Part shown: one piece after another, positions 37,442 through 48,932 of the stretch
Layout of the letters: each line of letters starts with the position of its first letter
Numbering within the stretch: the first letter of the stretch is position 1
Assembly: GCF_036417845.1 (NCBI RefSeq)
Contig: NC_089978.1
Coordinates: 20,774,000-20,837,999, forward strand
From: Apteryx mantelli
Taxonomy: Eukaryota
Direction of reading: 5' to 3'
Length of the DNA stretch: 64,000 bases
Program-made: the position numbers and the translations under genes
The notes under the pieces: generated by a model
Told to the model about the DNA's origin: nothing
The model's database searches: none
The model's input: only the letters and a program-made list of their open reading frames with translations

Positions 37442-37561
37442 GTGCAGTACATAGACCGTGGTTCCATTGAGAAGATCCCCCAGTGTCATCTGTATCCAAC
37501 TGCCTTGTACACTGATATTCCTCCATTTTGCCTACCATGTGAGCTCTACAAGACAGTACCA
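37442..37561 (+). CDS. RNF17: RNF17 coding exon (Tudor 4 C-terminal half)
   Basis: Acceptor ttttttcatatag|G; donor CCA|gtgagt. Frame matches ORF-track 37442..37627. Peptide VQYIDRGSIEKIPQCHLYPTALYTDIPPFCLPCELYKTVP. Confidence 0.9.
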
Positions 37562-38635
37562 GTGAGTAATGCTAAACTTGAAGACTTTCTAGTAGTATTC
37601 AGACTGATAGACTGTTTAGTCATATAAAGGTTGAGAGTTATTTGTGGGTATTTTCTGGTATTTTTGCTTGTGTTTGCTGACAAATCTATGAGAACTCAAA
37701 CAACAGCTGATCAGGATCATTTCAGCAAGGCAGTCTTTAGGCAGAAAATGCCAGATTGCTTTATGAAGTGACTGTTTCAAAAACCTCTGTCATTGGGAAA
37801 GTTGTCTTGGGAATGAAATCTTTGTGAGAGAGGACACAGCACTAGCTGGCAGGATGGTATTCTCAAGTGACTGTTTTACAGTAGCAGCAACAAGAGGTGT
37901 GGCCTGTGCTTCTTAATACAAAATGGCCGGAAAAATGTAAATCTTGATGTCCTGCAAAAGTGTGTGTATCATTCTGAACTCCAGCTGTGCAGGAAACAAT
38001 CTGTTAGGCTAAACTAATACACATGAATTGTTTCAGGGTTTGTTGCTAGTCTCAGTAAGTGGTTAATACCTAAGTAGCATTTTCATGCTTTATCACATCT
38101 TACTCAAATTTGAACTGTCATTTTTTTAATGTAACTTAACAAAACAGCTAGATTATTTTAAGGAAAACTGTTATTTACTGCTATAGACAATTTAATTGAT
38201 TGATAGATTAAGAAAGATAGGATTATAGGCCTGCAGGTTGGGATGCAAACAGATATTGCAAGGAAAATATTTAAAGTATTGTGTGTTTTCTTCTCTCTAT
38301 CTTCAAGTGTAATTCTGTATGTTGGCCTATGTTTCATGTAATTCTGCACACTTACATGATTATGTATATAGTAAGGGTTAGACTTGGCAAGCAGCATCTC
38401 TTTCTCAATGACTTCAAGATTTAAAAATTGCTGATCTGCTTTGTCAAACAGTAAAGTCCTGTATACCAAATAGTAAATCATGTTTGTTGCGGACAAATCA
38501 AATTAATGGTGTGTGTTTTCAGTGTTAAATTTTTCAATGTTAAGCACGTATTTTCATTTTACTGTTTTAAGAATAATAGTGTTCCTTTTAGCATCTTACT
38601 GTTTTGGGTGTTTGTCTTTTCCTCTCACTGAATAG

Positions 38636-38716
38636 ATTGGAAATTTTTGGCAGCAGGATGCAATAGATCTCCTTCAAGAGCTACTTACAGATGAAGAGGT
38701 TGAAATACATGTTCAG
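38636..38716 (+). CDS. RNF17: RNF17 coding exon
   Basis: Acceptor cctctcactgaatag|A; donor CAG|gtagct. 81 nt, phase 0 to 0. Peptide IGNFWQQDAIDLLQELLTDEEVEIHVQ. Confidence 0.8.
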
Positions 38717-39531
38717 GTAGCTTCATTCATTCATAAATGAAGAATGAAGCTTACTGTTTTGCTCCCCCCCTTTTTTTTTTTAACTTACATTATAAATACT
38801 AGATCAAGTAGCATAACAATAAATACATTTCTTAGACAAAATATTTAATTTGGTCCTCAATCTTTATGCTGTCTGTGAGAGAGAAGGGGAATCAAAGGCT
38901 AAAGTTATTTCTCTTATGATTTTTACCTGTGTCATAAATATCAGGCCTTAGATGAGTTCTTTAAAGGTATTGCAGCTTTTTGCTATTGTTTGTATTCTGT
39001 GCCGCTGAACTGGCCAGTTTGCATTCTACAAGCCACTTACCAACATTAGAAATTCTTCTGAATCCAATTTTAACTGATTAAAATTGGGTGAAAATAAGTA
39101 TGGGCTTAAATTAATATATAATGCTATAGGGAAACGTAAATATCTATCTCCTGTAAAACTTGTGATTTCAGGTAATTTAGCTTGTAATGATAAATTGTGA
39201 AGGAAGAGGGTTTATCTTTGAGCAAGCATGAGAGAATGTTTCAGTGTTAGACTGGGTAGTCAGTGCTGCTACTCCAGAGATATGTGCAGTCATACTCCAA
39301 TTTGTGTCATAATCTTAATAGCCATTCTTACTGGGTTTGTGTCCTTGATGGTACCTGTAGGTACCTACAGTTAATGATACCTATGGGAGTACTATATGGT
39401 CCAAAAAATGTGGTACCATACCTATAGTTTTGGTACCTATAGAAACCACAGATTTGAATTTTCTGGCCACTATTTTTAAAACCTCAGTCACGCTTTTACT
39501 GTTATAATCTTATTTTGTCTTGTTTAAGTAG

Positions 39532-39657
39532 GAACTACCAGATAATCCATGGGGCAAATTGTCCATCAGCCTGTATATCGATGGAATGTCACTTTCTTCC
39601 CTCATGGCATACCAAAAGCACTGTCTTGTTGAATCTTGTCAGGACTTGTCAAAGCTG
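39532..39657 (+). CDS. RNF17: RNF17 coding exon
   Basis: Acceptor ttgtttaagtag|G; donor CTG|gtgagt. Frame matches ORF-track 39559..39753. Peptide [42 protein letters not shown]. Confidence 0.85.
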
Positions 39658-40687
39658 GTGAGTGTTTTTTTTTTTTCTTTTGCTATTGTGATTATTTTGA
39701 AATTAAAAAGCATACCAGTTGCTTGTTGTGACCCTTGCTTTTTCTTTTTGTAATAGAAAATTCTTTTTGTATTTCTATACAGTTTTGCAATGTAAATAGT
39801 AGTAAGACTAAATATACAGCTCCCTAGCATAACAACGATACATACAGCATGTTGCTAAAATTGTGTGGAATGGTGAATTGCCAAGAGTTTGTTCTTGAAC
39901 TCCTTTCTGAAAACAGATTTTTGTCTGCACTTCTGTTTAAAGTGTAATTAGTTTCTGTGCTCATCTGAAGCTTACTTTAAAAAGGATAGTAACAGGGTGG
40001 TATTTTTATTACTTGAACGGATTAGCAGTTGATGTCAGAAAAGCATTTAAACACAAATTATTGGAAAGGCTGTTTCTTCTTGTCCTTAGTAAGGTACCAC
40101 TGTTTTTCTGACCTAGCTCATTCAGATCAGGTACACTTCTTAAATTTCAGCTGGGTAATACCTCTTTCTGGGTTTAGTTGTAGAGGCTAAACAGTGAGCC
40201 TCACAAGCCAGCTGATACTCCACATTGACTAAAGGAGGTGATTGTTACATAAAGCATAATCATTATGTATTTTACTGTTTTATAGTTTTGTAACTTTATT
40301 TCGTTATTGCAGATCTGTGCTTTTACGTAAGTGATTTGGTAAGTGCTGTGTTCCATTCGTGTAGGTGTTGTAGTTCTGTTAATAGCGGTACTAAGCTGCT
40401 TGTGCAGACCCGTTACACTGTTGCCTTGCTGCAAGTATCTTCTTGTCTTTGAGACACCCTTCTGTTGAGCTGCCTAGGTCAGCTTAGGAGCTGGTAGCAC
40501 TCCAGTCTTCAGTCTTTGTTACCATATGATAATCCTAGCTCCATCGTCATGCAGAAATCTCCTTAATAGCAGCAGGATATTGGAGAGGGCACCTGAACCC
40601 CAAGGGTTCTGGGTGAGCTTACAACAGTGGATCTCATTCTAAGTACACGTATATATACACAAGACCATTATACTGTGGTATTTTTTT

Positions 40688-40745
40688 GTTTGGGTGGTTT
40701 TGAGGGTGTGGGGATTTTGGGGTGGGGGTGGGGGTGAGGTGTTTG
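40688..40745 (+). repeat. G-rich (GGGGTG)n-like tract, potential G-quadruplex motif
   Basis: ggtggttttgagggtgtggggattttggggtgggggtgggggtgaggtgtttgg read directly. Confidence 0.7.
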
Positions 40746-43700
40746 GTTTTATGCAACTGTGAGTCAGAACCAGGTAGCCCCAGGCTTCCTTATGCTCACA
40801 TATTAAGGCATGAGGGACCTGCTTCTTTTGACAGGCAAGGGTTTAATCTGCTTGTTCTTAGCTCAGGCTTAACTAACAAAAGATTTTTCTCACAGATATT
40901 TAGAACTACTTTTTCTACAGCAGTTGACTGCAAACTGTTTCCATCCATCTGAACCAAAATCGATTCAAAATTCCTTCTATAGACTACTTCTGTCTTTAAC
41001 TGAATTCCAGATAAACCCCTTTACTGTGAGGTACTTAAACTTACAGCATTTAAGCTTTGTTCTTTCTTGAGTTGATTCATTTAAATGAATGTCGAACATT
41101 GGTGCTGTGTCTTTGAGCAAATGGCCAGACTTTTTCAATTCGCCCCTTGAGGTGACAGGGCTGCTTTTTTTTTTTTTTTTTTGACTAGTCAATCAGTTAT
41201 ATAAGCCAAGTTCATTCAACCAGCATCTATCTGCCTTCCAAATTACACCAAAGACAATGCTGAGAAGACCTGATGCAAAGCCATCTTTGATATTACTGAC
41301 TTGTCAATCTGAAAGCTTCCAGCATCACCAGGAGCTGTTCCAGATTCTGTCAGCAATTCTACAGAGAGATCAGTGTCATCTCGGGCAGAGAGAAAAAATC
41401 TTTCAGTCCAGCATTGAGAATAAGGCAGAAGCAGCAGCATAAAAAGGGCAGATTTCTCAGGCACTGATACTGTAACCATCTGCATGAATTTCCATCCTAA
41501 ATGAGGAGAGCGTATAGTGCTGGTGATGGTGCTGTACTACATTCATCATTGCAAATTCAAGCACTGAGATGTCTATGTGGTTTGGCACTTAAACTGCACG
41601 AAGGCCGACTCGTCCTGTCCCTGTTCTCCGTTTTTCAGTAGGCAACTAATTTCCTCTAAAAACAATGATCTATATAACTAAAAGACCTGCCAGATACCCT
41701 AAGATGTTGTTTCCTGTCAGGAATGCAACAAGACAAGCCTATATGGAGGGGAAAAGTCAAATGATTGCGAACATGTTAAAGGCCAGCTGTGCAGGTCTTA
41801 AGTCCCCCCATCTCTGGCATCAGGAAGGTATGCTGTGTCGCTGATGTTTGCAACAAGACTAGTGGAAAAGCATTCTGCAAACTCCTAGAAGGCATTTATG
41901 CTTTCTTTCTGGTAATATGAGAGTAAAGTCTAGATACCTTGTCCTTTTCAGGGAAATACAGTATTTGAGTTTTGCCAGAATATCACTTCAGACTTCGTGA
42001 TCTTAAAGATGTTGTTAAATGCCTCATACTGGTGGTTAGGGTCAAGTAGGCTGTTCATAAAGTTTTTTATGTGGTATAGAATACAACATAACACACTGCA
42101 GTGAAGCCTACCATTTACTTTGAATTAAATTTTTCATGCTGAAAGGCAAGAGTGTTTAATCTCCTGAGTTGCCTTACTAAATATACAGAATTCTGCGATG
42201 TGTAAATTATGTTGTATAATTTCTGCTATGCCTTTCCAAACATAATAAAGAGCAGTTAATATAAGCCATTTTTATATTTTTAAAGACTAGACACAAAGGC
42301 AGAAAGGATGGGGGACAACTTTTTGGAATAGGTGACTCTTAAACATCTCTCGGTGGAACTGGTGGACATCCTTATGGTATTGCTCTCCGAAACTGGACTG
42401 TCTGTGCCGAAGTATGGTAGATCTAGCAGTAACTGATCTGCTCACAATAAGGAAAGATTGCTAACAATAACAATGATAACAGCAAAAATACTAATGCAGT
42501 TCTTTCTTTCAAAAACACGCACAAGAGCTGGCTGAGATAGATATCCACCTGAACTCCCTGCAGTGCACAGTTGGGAACAAGCTGAAATTTCAGTTGATAG
42601 TTTGCAGCCAGCTGTAATCAGATTGCCTGTCACAGTGTTTTTGACTGTTTTGCAGAATTCTGCTGTTCAGTTTGGCATATATATCTACAATACAGCCAGA
42701 CAAGGGGCTGTTCAGACATCCTTTCTTTACTAGTACATCATTTAGCAAGATTTTCTTTAACTCTTCGGAGAAAACACTTTCGCGGGAAGAGGTATTTTTT
42801 CCTGTTAAGGCTGAGGTACATAAAGGTTTATGTATTCTGTCTTGTGTCAGGTGCTACAGAAAATATGGGTTGGACTTCATTGCTTTATTTTGCAGTTATA
42901 TGTTTCTGGTTGCTTCCATGTTGCTTTTTGTTCTGGATCAAGTTTTGGATGTAGTAAAGTCCATTCATTAAATAGATATATAAAGACATCTTTATTTTAG
43001 AGAAATTGGTACCTTTTGTTATGTGTTTTATTAAAGTACCAGAGAGAATAGGAGCTGTACTCATGAGCTAGAACCTGGCTGAACTATGTGCTATACAGAC
43101 ACATCATTATAAGGACATCATTTAATGCGCTAAAGCTTATTTTGTCGTGAACCAAATGACTTAATGGCATGTAGAACTGAAACTGTGAAGTTATCTGGCA
43201 CTAGAAGCAGATGCACTGCAGCATGCTGTGTTGGTTAAACAATACCTATCTGTATTTTGCAAAATCTATTATGTTGTAAAAGGAGTGATAATTCTTGTGG
43301 CAAAGGAGTTAAATTACTCTGTCTTTTGCCAAAGAGAGAATTTTTTCTCTGGCAAACAGCAGGAGTGTAGGGCATTCAGGTTAATCTGTGCCAGTTAGTT
43401 GCTTTTACTTTAGTTTTTCTTCCTAAGTATTCTAAGCTTTCTTTCCAAGTATTTTATCTCTTTAAAGGGAATCAATATTTCAGTCTTTTTTGCATTAATG
43501 GCAAACAAGTTAGCATGTCAGCACATTAGGACCATTTCTGAGATTATCTTCTTTATATTTTAGAAGTGTTTATTAAATAGTTCAGTTCTTTTAGCTAAAA
43601 CTTTTCTAAAAAAACTAATAACAATCCAAAGAAATTGATACATATATTTTTTTCTATCAGACACATTGTTTACATTATTAGATAATTCCTCTCATCAGAA

Positions 43701-43768
43701 GTCATAAAAAGGTCAGTTTGCAGTTTATTACTAAATGTGAATGTTGACTAAAGTCTGTCTTGGTCTAG

Positions 43769-43879
43769 GAATTGCTTGAAGGAGATGTTCCTGTTCTGCC
43801 TCCATATACATTGCCTTCACTACCTGTTCCAGGAGATACCTTTCCTGTCAGAGTTACCCATCTTGTGTCCCCTAAAGAG
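43769..43879 (+). CDS. RNF17: RNF17 coding exon (start of Tudor 5)
   Basis: Acceptor tgtcttggtctag|G; donor GAG|gtatgt. 111 nt, phase 0 to 0. Peptide ELLEGDVPVLPPYTLPSLPVPGDTFPVRVTHLVSPKE. Confidence 0.85.
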
Positions 43880-45622
43880 GTATGTTTCATAAATGTCTCA
43901 AATATTGTAGACAGGCATGTTGCAGTTTCGAGCTAGTGAACAAGATATTATGGCTAACAATTGTAGACAATATAAAGAAGTATCACTGAGGTGGCAAAAT
44001 GCTACTTATTTATTGATACTGATGGTTGCGTAGTGCAGCTGTTGGTTAAACTATTATTTCAAATGTCCTAATGTATTTTTTTCTGAAAGCAGAGAAATTA
44101 ATACTGCACATTTCTCTAAAAATTGAATTTTTGGAATCACGTCTGGTATTTATTCATCTTGTATGATAAGAAAATAGATCACTGGATTTTTACTTGACAG
44201 AATGACAATGCTTTTCTCTTCTGTATCCTCCAAAAACTAAATTACTGGAATATACATTGAAATATGAACATTTTCTAGCTGTTAGAATGGAGCTGTTTGT
44301 CTTTGGTCAGTGATTCAGCATTGATTTTTTGCAAACCCAAGCAGCTTCCCTCTAGTAGCTTCCTAGACAAAAGACTGAGTGTAATGCTGATTGATTAGTT
44401 AAAAGATTCATATGCAGACCTTGAGTGTTGAATCAAATCTGAAAGCAGGAAGTAGTAAGAAGCTGATAGTGTCACAGAATCTAAAATCTTTTAAGTGGGT
44501 TGACTTATGTTGAACTACTCAAAAGTTTGTTGTTCTGGTAAATATGTAAACCAAATAATTGGTTTTATGGTACTCAAGTGATTGTTTTAAATTCAGTGTT
44601 GTGGTCTAACATTAATTTACCACACTTATTTCCTTAAAGAAATATATATATCTCCAAAAACAATGTACAAACTGAATATATTCATCTGTTTTGACTAAGT
44701 ACAAGACAGAAGTGTTTGTTCACCTTAGTGAAGGACTTTTCTTCGATTATCTGTTCTGTTTCCTTTCTTACTGGAGAAGTGATATAATCAACATTTTGGG
44801 TTCATTTTGTGTAAAAGATTTGAATTCTTTTGCTTTTGATCAGGATAAATGCTGGGAAATGTTAGATCTTGCTTTTGATTCCTGTAGATTTAGGTAGCAT
44901 TTGCTTGATAGAATCGTGGCTTGATAAATATTATATATAAATTAGAAAATTAAAGTTAATCTTACTGATTGCTGGTGAATCATGATTGTAAGTTTAAAAA
45001 AAAAATTTTTTTTACTCATTAATTACTCATTAAGTTAGTAGAATATCATAGTATTCTGAAATGGCTCTGTAAAAAAGATAAAGATTTTAGTTTAGTTAGA
45101 AAATCTTTCCAGGTAGGTAAGCTAAAATCTACATACTAATTTTTATATATAGTGTTTAAATTTCCATTTCCTTGACCTACAGCATTATACTGATGACCAA
45201 ATTATAAACTTGGTGAATGGAATGTCAAAAAGTTTGTTTCTTCTGTCATTAATTTTAAAATTAATCTTTGGGTTTGCCATTATGAAGCATGAATATTACC
45301 AGGTAGCGTGAGGAAGGAATCCTGATTAGACACAACTCTGTATATCCTATATAGGTACGCTCTCTAATGTGTATATTTCTTACATTCTTACTTTTTGACA
45401 TTATGAGAGGTGGTGTTTTAGTGACCCTCTTTTATTTTGGGAAAATTTTTGATATAAATGTGAAATTATTCATAATAGGTTGAGGAAAGAAGAAATAAGG
45501 GAGAGAGGCAATGCTGAATCTTTCCAAGATGGGAACAAGTATCCTTCTAATAATCTTTAATCACTGATGAAATTTGAAAATTACAAGTCTGCAAAAATTA
45601 TGAGAGCTTTTTCTCTGAATAG

Positions 45623-45779
45623 GTATATATTTGCCTTGATCCTTCCAAGAGCCTTAAAAAACCATCTAACACAGACAGAGATGCCAACAGCAGCTCTGCA
45701 TTGGAGAGCCTTGATGAAGCCCTGAAGTGGTGCAATAAAAATGTGGATTTTCTTCCTCCTCTAACAAACTTCAGAACAG
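45623..45779 (+). CDS. RNF17: RNF17 coding exon
   Basis: Acceptor tttctctgaatag|G; donor ACAG|gtatat. Peptide VYICLDPSKSLKKPSNTDRDANSSSALESLDEALKWCNKNVDFLPPLTNFRT. Confidence 0.85.
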
Positions 45780-46744
45780 GTATATTAGAGTGTTTATTTC
45801 CCCTGTTGTTTCATGTGTTTGTACAAAAGGCTGAAATTATTTTGGAGGAATAGAAATAATTATGTTTCTTTGCATCTTTAAATAAAACTCACTTGGAGAG
45901 TAAGAAATAATCCCACTATTCTCCTATGTTCGTACTTTGCATGAAATTGAGACTTCTGTCTCATCTTGTTCTACTAGAAAATGATGGAAAGAACTCACGT
46001 TTCTGTGATGCCTGACAAAGCTTATGAACTGAGTTCAGATTGCAAATGCTGATAAACTTTTATGACAGTAACAAAATTCCTCCCTTAAGGTGACTGTCGC
46101 TGAAGCTATAGCTATGTAAGTCTTGCTACTAAATATTCAAAAGACACAAGTTGTATACAGAAAATCATGTAACCAAAAGCTTAAAATTATGTGAACCCTA
46201 GGGAGTGTCACTTTACTTTAATTCTGGATTTCTCAATTTAGGCAAAAGAAGGACTTTCATTCTGTCATCCACAATTGCTGGGCCTACAGCAACATAAAGC
46301 TTACGGGTCTAGAGCTTTGTGAAGAAACAAGTTATTGCTAGGACCAATCAGGAGAATTCAGCTTGAGCTTTTAGACAACACCTGCCTCTTTTTCCTCAAG
46401 ACTATGTCTATCAGACGGTTCTTTTTAGATTGATCTGTTTACTAATTGGAATATGTAAGTGAGTCAAAGTAAGAGTTTAGATGTTAGATGGGTTGGTTCG
46501 CTATCTTTACCAAGCAATTTTCTATTAAGTCTCTTGGTTGCCATATGAGGTGCAGAGACTTGACTTAAATTGCATAGTAATGACTGTGAATTGGAGCGCA
46601 GAGAGAATTGGAGGATGCGTAGAATAAAATAGCAATATGAAGTAGAGAAAGAAGAAAAAGTTGAAAATACCAGTCATGCAATAAAACTGATTTTAAAGTG
46701 CATTTTGAGAATATGTTGGGGTTTTTTTTTTTTTCTTTTTACAG

Positions 46745-46880
46745 AAATGCCTTGCCTTGTTGAATACAATGATGGTTTATGGTATAGAGCGAAGCTCCTT
46801 GCTGTTAAAGAATTTGACCCTGTTAAGGTCCTGATTCAATTTGTTGACTATGGTAATTTTTCAGTTGTCCCAGCCAGCAG
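46745..46880 (+). CDS. RNF17: RNF17 coding exon (Tudor 5 core)
   Basis: Acceptor (T)n ctttttacag|A; donor CAG|gtaaat. Peptide (E)MPCLVEYNDGLWYRAKLLAVKEFDPVKVLIQFVDYGNFSVVPAS. Confidence 0.9.
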
Positions 46881-46894
46881 GTAAATATATGAAT

Positions 46895-47055
46895 ATATAA
46901 ATATATAAACTTACATTTATATATATATGTGTGTGTGTATGTATTATATATAATGTATATAACATTCACTTGTTTATAAATAAATGTGTGTTTGTAAATA
47001 TAAAGATATGTTATATGCTGTATATTTGTGTATAATTATAGATATATTATAAATA
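46895..47055. repeat. (TA)n/(TG)n-rich low-complexity region
   Basis: atatatatgtgtgtgtgtatgtattatatataatgtatataac...aaatatataaagatatgttatatg read directly. It lies directly downstream of the 46745-46880 exon donor. Confidence 0.8.
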
Positions 47056-48261
47056 GTATTAAATTTCAGTTGGAGAGAAAGCTGGTTGGCTGGTTAAATG
47101 AGTTTCTGTCTACAGAGAGGTAGATTGTGCACCTGCCTCTCTTTCTCAAGTAGTTATGTTGACCCATTATTGTAATATCTGACTGCTCCATCATCTTTGG
47201 GGTACTTGCTTCACAACCTGTGAAATAGGCTTGGGTTTATAGTCTGCTTTTGCACCTGAGAAGTTTGTACGAAATAGGGATGGAACCCTCCAGGTGTAGA
47301 CATGCCTCAGCTGGTCCTGTGAGACTGCTTAGCTCACATGTAAGCAAGGTACAGTCTGTACAGGAGACAGCTGGGGAATAAATAAGGAAGGGTCTGAGTG
47401 GGCCACACCCCATGTTGCTTGTGTGGAAAATAGAAATTCAAATTCCTGTTCTGCTTGGTGCTGAGCCAGTCTGGGAACTGCTTCTCTGCCCCCCCTCCCC
47501 CCCCCAGATGCCAGCTAAGTGTCTCAAACACCCAGGCTTTTGGGTTCCCTAAGCTTCTCTAAATTTTCTCTGTTGCGATTCTTTTACTTTGTATAAATCT
47601 TAATCATATAAACTTGCTTTAGAGATCACTGAAGTATCTACAGGTCTGTGCTTAACATGAGGCAAAATGGGGATTTGAACTGAGTACCTGCTTCCCAAAC
47701 TACTAGGGTTTTGGGGAGAGGCTTTGTTTTGTTTCAGGGTTGCACTTCCTGCTCTGCTTCTGCCTCTTGCTTCTTGGATGGAGAGAGAGTGAAGTGGGAG
47801 ATAATATAAAATTAATATCTATTTTCAGTAATTTGACTAGGACGCTTCAAGGAATAGCACTTCTGACTGCAAAGGTCCCTGTCATTTTCCAGACGCACCA
47901 GTTTTGGAGCCTGTGTTGTGGTTCCTGGTTACCTTGCGTGACTTGCTTTTTGCATTTCTTGCTCAAATCTGTGCAGGCACTTGAGTCTCCTCCCCAGGCA
48001 CTGTGATGGGAGCTGGTGCGCCTAACAGTCTGAGGGCTCTGTGTGATGCTCGTCTGCCTCTTGAGTGTTACCGTGCTGAACTCCTCTAGAGAACCTAGCC
48101 CTAACCAAATTGTTCAGTATGATACCGGCAGGTTTTTGTAGAGCAGTTACTCTGATTCCAGTTTCTAGACCTTTACTTGACTGCACTAAGCTCTCCTTCT
48201 GTCCTTATGAACTGTTTAGCTTGACAGATAGTTCCAGGCAAATGTTTTCATTTTGTTTTAG

Positions 48262-48451
48262 ACTGCGTCAGATACCTTCTCATCTGCTGCATTATCCTGT
48301 TCAGGCAGTACGAGCTCTGTTGGCTGGCTTTAGGCCTCCTGTGTGTGATAAAAACAAGAAAAGAATTCCTTACTGCCCCGAATGGAGCATGGAAGCATTG
48401 TGGGCTATGATGGAGTGCATTGAAGGAAAACAGCTCTCTGCTTCCATACTT
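48262..48451 (+). CDS. RNF17: RNF17 coding exon (penultimate)
   Basis: Acceptor cattttgttttag|A; donor CTT|gtgaga. Frame matches ORF-track 48110..48550. Peptide (R)[63 protein letters not shown]. Confidence 0.9.
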
Positions 48452-48833
48452 GTGAGAAACCTTTTTCTTTTAGCTCTTGCTTGGCCTAAAATTCTTATTA
48501 GCAGTCTTAGTATAATTTCTGAGTATTTGTTTTATTGTGAGCCCTATTAATTTAAAGAAGAAAAAAAATGAACCTTTTACTGTGCAGGTACCACTGATGA
48601 AGAGAGGAAATCATGCATCTTTTTTCTTAATCCCATTGATTAAAAACTTTCTGAGCATTCCTGTTATTTAAAACCAGTTTCCTTTTACTACAAAGAGAAA
48701 TATTCTTTACGTTCACAATTCCATTTGGGCTGAGAGTATAGCTGGTAGAGTGAATTTTACTACTGGTTGGCTTTTGAGATTTGAACCTGTTTTTGTCATG
48801 CTGCTTAAAACTGTGTCAACTCCTGGTTTTCAG

Positions 48834-48932
48834 GCTGTTTCACCAGAGGTCACCATTTCTTTGTATGATGATGATCAGAACCTAGTTCATATGAAGCTGA
48901 TAGAATTGGGATTTGCAGATATGGATGAGTAA
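48834..48932 (+). CDS. RNF17: RNF17 terminal coding exon (coding part; stop TAA 48930-48932)
   Basis: Acceptor cctggttttcag|G (ag 48832-48833). Frame matches ORF-track 48750..48932. Peptide AVSPEVTISLYDDDQNLVHMKLIELGFADMDE*. The 3' UTR continues downstream, but its poly-A site is not confidently identifiable. An AATAAA lies near 49813. Confidence 0.9.
   Translation, partial: AVSPEVTISLYDDDQNLVHMKLIELGFADMDE

Larger units (their letters stand above)
926..48932 (+). other. RNF17: RNF17/TDRD4 orthologue, partial gene span (3' ~2/3 of coding region, 29 exons in window)
   Basis: Chain of 29 GT-AG exons with continuous codon phase. Translated exons carry Tudor hallmarks: GMWCRG...[17 protein letters not shown]...[32 protein letters not shown]...VQYIDRGS, GLWYRAKLL...VQFVDYGN. 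Colinear with human RNF17 as remembered. Ends ...GFADMDE* at 48932. Confidence 0.85.
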
